A stretch of DNA of 64,000 bases, taken from Asterias rubens (Eukaryota). Numbering within the stretch: position 1 is the first letter of the stretch; each line of letters starts with the position of its first letter. A program made the position numbers and the translations under genes. Shown one piece after another: positions 1 through 12,497 of the stretch. Under the pieces are notes generated by a model. It was not told the origin of the DNA and searched no databases. It was given only the letters and a program-made list of their open reading frames with translations. The DNA is taken from NCBI RefSeq assembly GCF_902459465.1, contig NC_047062.1:7254001-7318000 (forward strand). Reading direction: 5' to 3'.

Positions 1-41
1 CATCAGGCCTCATACAATGTACTTCCTGATGGAGGCAATAA

Positions 42-179
42 GAGACTTTCCAACACTAGGTGGCAGCAGACATACCGGGTAAATTTCCATTGTTTACGTA
101 GTTCTGAACATGCGCATAATTCTGAGAACAATGGATTTACCCGGTAAGTCTGCTGCCCTCTATCGTCCCAGAAAGTCTC
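42..179. mobile_element. Short palindromic MITE-like element
   Basis: Ends GAGACTTTC / GAAAGTCTC; inner arms GGCAGCAGACATACCGGGTAAAT / ATTTACCCGGTAAGTCTGCTGCC. Confidence 0.6.
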
Positions 180-1084
180 CCATTGCAGAGCAAAATGTTA
201 CAAACAAAAACATCATTTTCTACCCAACATAAAGCATTCAGTGTGCACAATAAAATATATTTTTTTGAAAACGTTACAAAAATGCGCCGCATAATAGGGT
301 TTTCAAATAAAACCCCCTTTCAACTGTCTAGCCTATGTTGAGATTACTAGATGAATACATGTCCTTGGTTTATGCAAGAGAAACCTTATAAGCATCAGAC
401 CAAAAGAAAGTACAGTCAATGGGACAAGACGAACTTACTTTTTCATACAAGAAATTTTGTTAAGAAACAAGGACAGCAAAACACAAAGCAGAAAAGAGAT
501 TTGGTCCTTAAAAATGTACTCTTTATAACAGATGCTAACCGATGAAATTTGAAGTACGTACATTTACAGAAGTGGGAAATATGAGCACAATGTGCTGGTT
601 GTAATGTAACTGCACTTGTATATCAAATCAATAAAACACACTCATGGCGAGTGGTTGCAAATAATTATAATGAAACCGTCAATGTGAATTCAACCTAAAA
701 AGGTTCCAATGATTTATATTGTGTTTTAAGCTGGCAGGTCCCAAAATAAAAAACAATAAAAAAATATTTAAGCTGATAATGACAAGAGAATAATATATTC
801 AAGCAAGATAACAAACCAGTAGGCCTAATGACAAGAACAAAGCTACATAAAAAAGTATGCGCTAACAGCGATCAGTATCTTATTTGGTGTAAAAACCAAA
901 AGATGAGCTCAAAAAATGCATTCCAAACTTAGTGTAGAAACCAAAAAAAGGACCTATAGAAATTCCAAAGTTGGTGTAGAAAGATAAAATGGACCCAAGA
1001 AGTTACTCACAATTATGTACACCCACAAAGTTGTATCTAAGAACATTGGCAGCAAACATTTTTAGGCAAGAAAACATTCACAGG

Positions 1085-1345
1085 AGGTATAACACAGGGT
1101 GTTTCTGATCAACAGAGTGTGGGTTCGAGTCCGGGTCTTGACACTTGTGTCTAAAGCAAGTAAGCTCTTAAGACCAGTATTGCTTCGTCGTTCCTATGGG
1201 ATGTTAAGCATGCAAAGCAGCATGTTGTACATTGCATGTAATGCATGTAAAAGAACTAAGTCACATTTATTTATTAAGAGGAGTTTACCCAAGTGTCTCT
1301 AGTAGTGACTGCTGAATGCGCCGCAGCACCTTGTAAACCATTAGA
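1085..1345 (+). mobile_element. tRNA-derived SINE (degenerate)
   Basis: Pol III B-box GGTTCGAGTCC at 1122-1132, followed by the GACACTTGTGTC...AAGCAAG core that recurs in other copies in the window (about 16155, 42770, 43170). Confidence 0.55.
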
Positions 1346-1658
1346 CGTTTCTACATAAATAGGTCTCCCTAATTCAAAACAAAGCTCTGCTTAAAACCTG
1401 TTGAAAAACTAAGACAATTAGCATTTTGATATGGCCCTAGGGGCGTGATAAAGTGCAACATCAAATCCGAGTATTATTATTATCTTGGTAAATCCATGAT
1501 AATATTGAAATATGTGATTTATCGTTGTGTCACCTATTTTGTACAAGTAGGTGCATCCATAAGTCTGTGGTACCACTCAGACACTTCTTATCTGTACCTA
1601 CTTTATTAAAAAACACACAATATAAGGACTCTTGATTCCAACTCAAATCGAAGCTCAC

Positions 1659-2130
1659 CATACAACCTGTAGATCTGTTCCCTCGACAAGAATTCCTCTT
1701 CCGGTGGCTTAAATGTGGTTGCATTTTTTCTTGACCAAGTCCTACTGCCCATTTCGTTAACCCCACGGTCGGGTTCCCTTCGATGTTGCCTTGACCTTGA
1801 GGAGCTTGCATCCTCAAGCGTCCTCTCTCTCAAGTTGCTAGTTTGATTCAGAGGTTTTGCATACAGATATTCAACCGATGCATCCGTTCCAGTCAGAATA
1901 ATTTCAGGGTTACTGGTGGTGTCAGATCGGTGATCATCCAAACTGTGGACTTCAGCAGAGCCATGCACGTCTATGACTGGTGAACACTCCGCGGATAAAT
2001 TGATCACGCACCAGTCTTGTAGCAGTAGAACCGGGTCACCGAAAGAGAGCTCTGAGTCTGTCTCGCTGATTGGTAGAGTAGTACAGCTACACCAACTCAC
2101 GTACCTTCTAAGGTAGTATCCAATGGGCAT
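1659..2130 (-). CDS. Candidate alternative first coding exon D of the SYT14/16-like locus (MPIGYYLRRYVSWCSC...EEEFLSREQIYRLY)
   Basis: ATG at 2130; 157 codons + 1 nt open to donor G|gtgagc at 1659/1658 (phase 1). Upstream acceptor gattttctcag at 2153 enters out of phase with the other donors, so the 5' part is likely UTR. Confidence 0.5.
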
Positions 2131-3610
2131 GATACCAGCTGCTGAACATTCACTGAGAAAATCGATTCAATCTGACCATTGACTTATTGCCGGCAAGGCT
2201 TGTTCTTGAGAACATAAGAAACTTGGAACTGATGATGTTATGTTGAAAGATGTTGGGAATACCCCAAAAATACAACAGAGACTTGCATGTTTCGGAGTTC
2301 CTGGCATCAGAATGACTCATATTGTGTCAGCATTAAAGTGGCAATATTTGAAGCTGTACCCTTTGAATGGCAGACACATGATAACTACATCCATCCAGCC
2401 AGGTATCTGGTCTGACTCCTCACAGGAAATGTATCGTGCATTTTTCACTGATATATCCATCAACCACTAGTCAGTCGCACAAAGGTCTCATCTTCTACAT
2501 TTCAAGCTTAGTGGCTAACAAACAGAGCATCAATGCAGGCTTCCTGGAGATTAAGAGTTACCATACATTGGAAACTCTTCTTACGCAAATGAAAATACGG
2601 AGAGACTGTGCAGTTTTTGTCCCACGATAAATGATAATTCTACAATATACCAGCAATATCACAGGGTTGTTGCCAATGCAATGGCACTCGACTTGAATAC
2701 CAGCAAAAGGTATATCACCAATACCATAAAAAATGTCACCAAACACTGTAATAACTCAATTCCCACATCACATGGTAATTTGAGTCAGTGACTTACTAGT
2801 TCTATAACAGTTCCAGTATGCTGTACATGTGTATAGATTAACAATAACTAAAAAAAAACTATGGAAGTGTAGTCCAATCGTGTTAAAATTTAATAGCAAT
2901 ACAAAATTTAGTTGGCTAGAAGTTCAGCAGCTTTCGATAGTATGGAGTATTTTTTAGAAAAATTACACTTTGAAGTAACGCAATTATAGAAAAGGATGTT
3001 TTTATCCCCCAAAATTTGAATCAGAAAAATGTTACCGTTAGATACGCTTTTCAGACAAAACCACTCCGGAATTTCGGCAATATCTCAAAAAGGCTACCAT
3101 CTTTTCAAATGAATTTTCACAGGTTAATTTGATTGTACATGTAGGACAAAAACAATCGAATGAAATGATTATTAAAAATTAAGGCATTCTTTGCCTTTAA
3201 CTCTTTCAGGCGCAGACCAGTCGCTAGTGAGTTGTTGAAAATAGTTGTAAAATGAAAAAATAACAACCGCACGGCCACACACTTTTCAGAATGCAAACAG
3301 GACTCTTGAGGGTGCTATTGTGACCCTTTTTTTTTTGGGGGGGGGGGGGGTGTCACCATTTGTAAATGAAAGGGTTAAACAAATAAATGTGTATATAAGA
3401 TCAATTTCTCCGTAAGATATATGGTGCAGTACACTCCATCTAAAAAAGGATCACTGTACTTTGCACAGAATGTAACCTTCACATCTGGATCACTTGAACT
3501 TATATCAGTAGTAATAGACTCTGTGCATAAAATAATAATAAAACACTTAATATCGGGTAAATGATTGAGGGCTTCTGAGCACATAAAAAAGGAAGCACAA
3601 AAAAAATATC

Positions 3611-3745
3611 TCGGAAAAAAACCTTATGGCGCCACCATTTTTTACCTCATTTTTACAAAAAGGGATATATCATTGAGGTAAATTAGATACTATATTATTC
3701 CATATCGAATGAAAAAGTGGTGGTGCCATACGGAAACTTTTCCGA
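3611..3745. mobile_element. MITE-like inverted-repeat element
   Basis: TCGGAAAAAAACCTTATGGCGCCACCATTTTT pairs imperfectly with AAAAAGTGGTGGTGCCATACGGAAACTTTTCCGA. Confidence 0.5.
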
Positions 3746-3935
3746 AACTTTCATATAAAGAAAACAGTCACAAAGTTTAAAAAGAATAACAGATTTGTGT
3801 AAAAAAAGCAACACATTTTTACACCCAAGAAAATTATTGATTTAGTATTACACAATCAAGATTATTGTGATGACCTCAGGTGAAATGGGTCAAAACCCTT
3901 GCCCTCAAAAAATTAAGGTGAAGGAGTCTTCTCAC

Positions 3936-4347
3936 CTGTTGTTCCAGTCGCTTTTTGAGTATTACCGACCCTTTTAAATGTGTAGGAGAAATCACTGTTT
4001 CCATCATCAATATTCCTAGTTCGACTTCCCAAAGATCCATTGTCTTTGGTTTGGTTATAGATGTTATCTTTCCGTAACCCATCCCTGGCGTTATTATAAG
4101 ATTTATCGTTTGAATTTGTCTGTACAAGGTCCGGAGCGTTGACCAGCAGCAGCAACTCTGGCTTCCCGCTGGTGTCACTATTCTGGGAGTGGGTTTCGCT
4201 CTTTGGCAGCTCGGATACAGAGGTTAGAGCAGAGGACAGGAGGGGTGTGGTTTCTTTCAGCGTACTGCCACTAGACACAGAGAACACATCATCATCATCC
4301 TTAGCAGGAGACTTACAGCAACAGCAAAGACTCCCAGCCTTGCCCAT
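3936..4347 (-). CDS. Candidate alternative first coding exon C, with an N-myristoylation/palmitoylation-type start (MGKAGSLCCCCKSP...)
   Basis: ATG in gagATGG context with an in-frame stop 4 codons upstream; 137 codons + 1 nt to donor CAG|gtgaga at 3936/3935 (phase 1). Confidence 0.6.
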
Positions 4348-7300
4348 CTCTTCTAACTATAGTTTAGTCTTAAACTCCAAGGTGCAGACCAAAGTATTAT
4401 GAACTACCAATAATCATTGAGCATGGAAAACAAAGTTTAACGTAGAGTCCACTTAATGTAACAATGGTGTATGCCTGCTTGTGTTCGCCTCCATGAAGCT
4501 ATGCAGCAAGGTCCCAGCTCAAGAAACGTATATTGAGATACTGGTGTACACAATTGGAGCCACAGTCAACAAACAATTCGGAAGGAAAGAGACCTTCATG
4601 CACCAACGACTGAGTGTTTTGAAGCATGGAGGTAGAAACAGAGTCAACTCTATGCCAGTTGAAGTACATATGTACATGCTTGAATGCAATTCAATATGCT
4701 GAATGGGTGGCTGGAAGAAATCTGCACTGTCTGCATAACTCAAACAGCTTGAGTTCTAAAACTATATGTACATGATTCAACCATGGAGGTAGGACCCACG
4801 GTTCAATGGTGTAACATAATAGACCTAAGCCACTGAGCATTTGGAGCTGAAAAAAAAATACTACCCACATGCATGGCTGGTCATACAATTACACAATGTT
4901 ACCTCAACTTCCCTCAGCTGAGGAATTTGTGTTGGAAATTCACTTCAAACATCATACTGGTTGTTAAACATGGAGGTATAACAATAGACATATACATGTT
5001 GCTGTTTTAGTCCAATACACAAAACAAGGAAGATGCTGGTAACTCTAAGACTATTTAAACAAAAATGCATGAGCTTCTGTAGCAATGGCGGAAATCTGTA
5101 ACTTTAAAACTAGTCAATAGTTATTTATTTTTATGGCGGAAATCTGTCAACTCATTCCCAGGTCAAACTCATACCCAAGTCAACTCAACCCCCTCCCCAT
5201 TTTTTTTTTAAACCCAAGACAACTGGTATCCAGGTTATTTTGTTTGTTGATGATGGAGACTGGTTTTATTTTTAATTGTAAAAACTGGTTTGTAAATTTT
5301 GCTTAGTCAGTTTTTCAGCTGTGGAATGGGTTAATAATTTAAAATAAAATGGTGTTATTTCAATAAATCATTTCAAAAGAAAAAAAAAACAATTGGTATT
5401 TTGCTAGAAAAACAGTCAACAGGTTTAAAAAAAGAAAATTAATTCATGAAACTTAGTCAACTAAAAATAAGTCTTTTCATATTTTATTTTTTTTCTCTTC
5501 ATATCGGAGTAAGGGTAAAAAAAAAAAAAATTCCTTGACTTACAAAAAAAAGGTGTTAGAGAAAGGTATAGATAGTTTATAAAAAAATACACAAAAGATG
5601 AACTAGAAAAAAACACGATAGATCTTAGGCAGAAGGTTAGGTAGTTGGCTTTTGGTAAGATTAAATAATCACTGTTATCTCCATGGCAATGCAGTCTGAC
5701 AGTTTTTTTGTCAGTAGAGTAAGTTTCAGATCCTATAAGCACGCCAAACATAATGAAGTCAGCTTCATACGACCACTGACCAACATTCCTACACTTCAAT
5801 TCTATGATCTCTTGCAAACAATGAGAAAACAAGAGAGCCTTGTGCCTTTACCCAATGAGCAATGCCTTCACATCACCATCGGCCGATTATCTAGTGTTAT
5901 AGAAGGACCCCAAGATGGGGCTCAAAAAGGGGAAGGGGGTTCTGTGGCTCGTGTACCATATAAGGTAATACATCTATAATACCTAGCACAACCATGAGGT
6001 ATTTGAATTTTTAGTCCAAAGAAAGGATTAAAGTACTAAAAACAAAATGAACATTATTGTTCTTTTGTTATAAAAAAGTGTTTGATTATATATAATAATT
6101 TAGTAAACTCAATAAAAATAGTGTTAAAGTTTAAAAAACAGCAACATTTTCATCAGTGTCACGAAAGACCCATAGCACCTAGGAATCAAAACAACACTGT
6201 GGCACTACAGATTCCATAAAAAAAAACATTGGAAAATGCATAGTAATGAAGATGAACAACTTCCATCCAGTCTTTATGTCACAACACAGGCTGGTTTTAC
6301 AACCGTTGATGAGGCACTGGTACGCCGGTCTTGATTTCATTTTAAATTTATTTTACACGGTTCTGTGCTGGGAACCATGCAGGGCAATGCCAACGACGGG
6401 AAAAAACACCAGTTCTCTAATGGCAGATTGGGGTGGGGGGGGCGGGGCAGGGTTGGCGGGCTAGTTTTTTTCCCTATCAAATGTCAACAAAATCAAAGGG
6501 AAGAAAACTTTACACTTATGATTGAATAATGTTTCAACAAAAAATAAACAAGGATTAATAGTTAAATTAGTTTAAGTTGAACTCTAAGAATGTTTTAAGC
6601 ACCATTGTTAATTACCCAGATTCCGGATCAACTCATTATCAAAAGCATTGTAACCAGTCTTCAAACATTCAGTCAAGAAATTGTACAACCCAATTTTTGC
6701 TGAGTGAAATCAAATTTGACTTATTTCTACAAATGAATTTTGACAGATGATGCTGTAAAAAAACCAAAAACAAAAACTAACCAAAACCAAAACTGTTGCA
6801 TACATGCTATTGACATTGCACAAAATACATGTGACTCGCTTATTTTAAAATGGCTCTTGGACACGAGATATCATTAATAAATGTTGAGGTTTTCAATTAA
6901 TACCACTTACTATTACTGCACAGTTAGTGCTCTAATGCACATGCTATAGTCTACTATGCATGAATACTTGCACGCATGTTTGTGATTGCGAATGTAACAG
7001 TGAGATCTCGGCTTTCGATCAAGAATTTGTGTATTATAACCATAAAATGCCTATGATTTTTTTCACAGGACTCGGGAAAAGTACTGAGTATACAGTGCTT
7101 ACAAACATTAGTGTATGGGTAAAAACCAGCATTCATAAATGCCCCAGACTCCTTTTGGTGGAGAGCGCGTCACACGAGGGGCGTTTAAACGGTTGATAAT
7201 AACCAGCTGGAGCTGTTTATAACCGGCTGGTTTCCGCTTGTCGGGTGCACAAGATTATCGCGTGGAACGCAATTCATTGCTATTAGTAACAGCACGTAAT

Positions 7301-7834
7301 CTATTTCTAAGCGCGTGCGCAAACACACAACCCATGCGCAATCAAACAGATTCTTCACAAAGTTTGTGAAAATAATAATTCAAACTTCAAATTTTCAATT
7401 GTCAAAGTGTCCATAATTGTATTTTTTTAACGTTTTTTTTAACAAAAGGGCATTCATGAATGGGAATAAGAGTAGTGACTCATTCTTAAATGTCTGTTAA
7501 AACTTTGCAGGGTCGTTGCCGTGCGATAAAGGCCCTCGCATTCGGCTTGGGCCTTTAACACACGGAACTCGTCGCTACCCTTTTGTTCCCTTAATAATAA
7601 TCTTTATCCCCAATGCAAACTTACCATCTAATATTACCATATAATCGCACAGGCCCTCGGGTGTATAAGGTGCAGAACACTTTTTGAGACCAAAGTAAGA
7701 CGCGGCTTATACACCAAAGATTACAGTCTAATCATTATAACCTCCAAGTTTGAATATCCGAGTCAGAAGATCAAAACCAGTGACTCAAGTTACGGCTAAA
7801 TTCATGCCAGATACCAATGCAACCCAATGAATAC

Positions 7835-8135
7835 CTTCAGACATGCAGGTACCGCTATCATGATCTGTACTACAATCCGAATCCTTCGTGCTGCCTCCTT
7901 TCCTTAGTAAGAAATCAGGTAAAGCAAGCAATGACGACAGCCCTTTGGTATCCTTGGTTTGCTCCCCATCCTCCTTATCAGTGGTCCCCGTCTCAATGTT
8001 ATTTGTTGTCCCTGTCTCTCCAGCGTCGGTCTCATCAGTCTTAAGGGCTTCCCCCTCTGCGCAATTTTCCTCCTCATCGCCAAAAATTGTGTTCAATTTA
8101 TCGTCCATCCACTGCTTGAAGCGATCCAGCGCCAT
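7835..8135 (-). CDS. Candidate alternative first coding exon B (MALDRFKQWMDDKLNTIFG + acidic/Thr-rich tail)
   Basis: ATG at 8135 (gctATGG) with an upstream in-frame stop; 100 codons + 1 nt to donor GAAG|gtattc at 7835/7834 (phase 1). An alternative phase-1 donor G|gtacct lies 18 nt earlier. Confidence 0.5.
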
Positions 8136-10156
8136 AGCAAAACGGTCTGTCCTCTTACACCGACTTCATTGAGAACATCTTTCAACACAACACAATGAAC
8201 CAAACGGAGATCTTCTCAGCTTTCACAAATTATCTCAAAAATTCACAAACAAAATGGCTCAGACATAACACGATAATGCTGGAAAGACTTTTTTCGGCAC
8301 ACTGATGAGGTGTAAAAATTTAAAATTAAACAATGGTAACATGACAACTCCCATAGTAAATCCCTGCATTTTGAACGTGACCAAACAAGTTGAATGTGTT
8401 GATGGACCTTTTGTTCATGACCTTCTATGAAGAATTTCTATTGTTTTCCAATCCAATACAGCTGCTGCATTAAAATGTACAAGAAAAACAATAAAATCGT
8501 TGACAGACTTAGGATGGGATGATGATACCTCACACCACCACATTAAGCCTGGGTGGGTTCGATCATACCACATCACCATGGAAACATGGACAATACTCAA
8601 ACAAACAGCAACTTCAGTGTGATGCTACAATTCATTGCAAGAAATCATAAATTCCTTTTGAAATTAAACAAGGAAGTGGAATAGAATAAACACCTCAACT
8701 TTCATAACAAATCGTATAAAGAAAATTAATTATCAACAAATTAAAACATTTATTGGTGGTGTGTACACTAAATTTTCTGAAAGACGTTAATGCTTCATAC
8801 TGTATGTAAAATATGATTGATGCTGAAGTTACAATGGCACTGTCATGATGAGTGGATAAGATGGTACTAAAGAGTACCACAGTCATCGAACAATGTCAAT
8901 GACAACATGTGACACAACACCAGCACTGATAATGTCACTAATCAATCATGGAAGGTGCACTGAAGAGTCCTCTTGACAGCGACACTGATGTGGGATGACC
9001 ATGATATTGTGAGTGCTAATGACACCACTTCCAAGTGACAATAATGGCACTGTCAATCATGCGACAACTGACAAGAACACCAAACTACACTCAATAGTGC
9101 ATATAGGTGCATATATCATCGAGGAATAAGTCATCCATGCATTATGTACTCTTAGTTATGGATACAAGAAGTGACTAGTATGCCAATGCATGAACATGTG
9201 GGACTAAATGTGTATAAAATCAGTGTTAGTGAAATAATAACAACAACAATTAGAGTTATGTAGCGCACAAATTGCCAATGGATGCAATGCGCATAAGAGA
9301 AAATGTTTTACTTGGATGTTTAATTAATTAATTTTAAGTTACTGTTCTCCTCCCAGTACTTCTCCCTCTCCGTTTTTCTGTGTAAGATTTAGGCAATTTT
9401 AAATAGTAATGTAATGTTTTACTCCAAATTTTTAACTATGTAACTGTTGAAGTAATTCTGCTGCTCACAGCGAATTGAATAGATTTTTAATAACCATTGA
9501 ATGAATGAAATGAAAAAGTTAAAAATTATGAGGACAACCAGCTACCAAATTGGAGAACAGGCAAGTCATTAGACTTTTTGGAGGACAAAACAGTCTGAGA
9601 ATTTTGTTATTTAGACAGGAAGACTGTTCCATAGGTGGGAGGCAGCAGTGGAAGAGGCGTGTCACCAGCTTGAGTTTGCATGACTTGTTCACCCTGAGGG
9701 AGATATCATCATAGCTTGGAAGTGACTACAGGCAGTCTTGGATTTCAAGAAGTCAAGAGTGATAATCAAGAGACAATGTACATCAGATTTTGTGCTTCAA
9801 TTATAGTTTAACCAATCTGTACTAGACACGCATCATCTTATCTTGAGAACTGACGACTGTCAAAATAAATTGTGCTAGTTTTAGTGCTGTTATCATTAGT
9901 TTGGTGTTTACATGTTGTATGTTAGTGTGAAAAAAATGATTTGATTTGATGTCCACTTTTATTCCATAAGGAACATTATACAAAATATCATTAAGTATAC
10001 AAGACTTTAGTTTCCACCACCAGTTAATCTAGGTTAACATGAAATGAGACTTTCTGAGATCAATATAAATAGGAAATTCAGGTATACAAACATCAACCTA
10101 AACCAATGTTGTCCTTTTTGGTCTGATAACAAGTCAAAAGTTCAGCCCAGATCAGG

Positions 10157-10390
10157 GGATCAGGTTGGCTCAGTGGTTTCGTTCCCTGCTTTTCATCTCT
10201 GTGTACCCTGGTTAGAATCCCACCTCGCATGTGGATTGGGTTGTCAGTTCCTACCTGATTGCATTGGTTTCCCCTCTCGGGTGGGGGGTTACTCCCACAT
10301 CTAAAACTGAACATTTCTACTCATTTCCTATTCATCTTGTTATTAGCGCGAAATGGCTGTTGGATGTGTATTCAAATAAATAAAAATAAA
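10157..10390 (+). mobile_element. tRNA-derived SINE, second family, with A-rich tail
   Basis: A-box-like TGGCTCAGTGG, degenerate B-box GGTTAGAATCCC, and AAATAAATAAAAATAAAA tail at about 10375-10390. Confidence 0.55.
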
Positions 10391-10509
10391 ACAATATTTG
10401 CTGAGGGTTGTTGCTGATTCTAGGACAAACTCCGCAAAGTTATTTGGGGGTTAGAGTTAAATGTTATTACACCATGAGAACCACCATATGAAATCTGCAT
10501 GTAGCGTAC

Positions 10510-10611
10510 CATTACTTTGTCCATCAAAGCTGCTATACCAAATGCCATCATTTTGTGGTTGAGGAATCAGAGAAACACCACTCATAACAGAGACATATTG
10601 CTGACTTTGAC
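10510..10611 (-). CDS. Candidate symmetric (phase 1-1) internal exon (GQSQQYVSVMSGVSLIPQPQNDGIWYSSFDGQSN)
   Basis: Acceptor ctcattttcag|GT and donor AATG|gtacgc; 102 nt, open in the phase-1 frame. Not in the ORF track. Confidence 0.4.
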
Positions 10612-11104
10612 CTGAAAATGAGGTACATTTACTGAGGTGTTACGTCCATGTATGACCAACTGCAGTAGTTCATAAACTCAATGGTAAGTTATCCCAATAC
10701 CCAACCAATGATCGACAGTAAATACTATACCTAAATACATGTACTGTAGTAATAAAAATGAATTTACGTCCTACTACTGCTATCTAACATTTATTCATCT
10801 ATCTAATAATTGCTCTTTTTTTGGTGCATCATATGCCCCTGGTCCAGCAAAGCGTGTTTGTTATATTTATGGTTTTTTTTTTAAGTTGAGTTATAAAAAG
10901 AAACCAAGGTCTAATTTCATGTCCCTGCTAACAGTTGAATTCTGAACTAACAACATGTTGAATCGAATCTCCGTAGAATCACACACTTTGCAAGGCAACA
11001 TAAACGCATAATTCTGCAATAAAGTAGGCCTGTAAACCCTTAATGTAGCTTTCTGTGTATCAAATTTGAATACCTAAATCCTCACTAATATCATGGCTAT
11101 TGCT

Positions 11105-11106
<2 letters not shown>

Positions 11107-11150
<44 letters not shown>
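11107..11150. repeat. (TAA)n microsatellite
   Basis: About 14-15 perfect TAA units. Confidence 0.95.
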
Positions 11151-11665
11151 TTTACATGTACAATAACCAAAATTGAAACGTAAGCCTAAGCTAAGAAGAA
11201 ATCCAGAACATGTTGAAGAGAAATACAATACAAATGCAATATCAAAGAAAACATCGAAGGGTAGAAATGGATATTGTAGTTAGCTAGTATTGCTTGCACT
11301 TGTAACTTTACACTTGCGTTTCATAAATCAATTCAAACACAATAATGACATGGGCGCTTTTACAACTTTTGATTTTTTACATTTTTAAATCTATAAACAA
11401 AACTATAAAAATGTATAAAAATATGCGGCAATTTGTTGATGGGTAAAAAAATGCTACACACTTAAGTTTATCATTGTTATTGTTATTACTTAGGTTATAG
11501 TCCTAACTAAAAAAGGGGAAAAAAAAGAAAGAAAAATATCACCAAAACATTTAACTACCCTGTTTGTAAATCCTTTTGTTTACAGATAATTTTGTATACA
11601 GTTCTTTGTCAAATCCATTTTAATATCCCCAGTATACTACACTAGGGGATCAAACAGTTTAATAC

Positions 11666-11735
11666 TAATCCAATCCAATCTAATCTGATTTAATCTAATC
11701 TAACCTAATCCCATCTCATCTAACCTAAATCTAAT
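11666..11735. repeat. Degenerate (AATCT/AATCC)n pentamer repeat
   Basis: taatccaatccaatctaatctgattttaatctaatctaacctaatccc... Confidence 0.7.
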
Positions 11736-12118
11736 ACAATGTTCTACATTGCACCAGAAATTGCAGCATACCCCTCTACTTTTCACTTATAGTGCACCAA
11801 CACAAGCATTATGCATGTCCACATACCGCCACACAAAGTTTTAGCAAACAAAATAAATAGCTATCATATATTATTGACAACAGGAAACTACAGTTTTACC
11901 CCTTGTACAAATTATAAATCCAATTGGTCTTTTCCAAGGGTTGCCTTTATTTTCAGCCACTAGTAATGACCCTAAACACTAACCTTTTAAAAACATGTAT
12001 CTAAACAATTGTTTCGGAATATATACTGTAATAATTCATTTACATTTTAATACGTAGATCTTTTTTTTAGGAAGCTAATAATGTTTACCTCAAGTTATTT
12101 TTTAATCACAGAACTTAC

Positions 12119-12497
12119 CCTCACTATTAGTTGGATCAAACCAACCAGGTATTTTATATGAATATTTAGTCGGAGTCTGTGGTTCAAGTTCACTAGGAGT
12201 CATAGGACTATCATCCGGTACACAGGCATCAACTTCATCCGACCTATCATCAGTCACTTCAATCGAATTCACTTCATTCTGACATGACCAACTAACAACG
12301 GTAACTTCTCCATCGATGTCTTCGAGTTCTTCCAATATTAGTCCAGGGTTATCAATACCAATCTTCCCATTGTTGTTATTCTTAGAGACTCGTTTCTCTT
12401 TAGCTACCTCGACATGCTGTACTTGTTGATCAACTCGTGCATCCGAAGACATAGACTGGACGACTTCGCTCAACCAGTCTGTAAGAGTGTCCAACAT
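12119..12497 (-). CDS. Candidate alternative first (or internal) coding exon A (MLDTLTDWLSEVVQSM + acidic tail)
   Basis: ATG at 12497; 126 codons + 1 nt to strong donor GAGG|gtaagt at 12119/12118 (phase 1). A phase-1 acceptor (ctgccag|aa acg acc atg) just upstream also permits internal use. Confidence 0.55.

Noticed and set aside
2240-2746. Cluster of short ORFs on both strands upstream of exon D
   Set aside because: Interrupted by stops in every frame and no family motif; best treated as intron or UTR.
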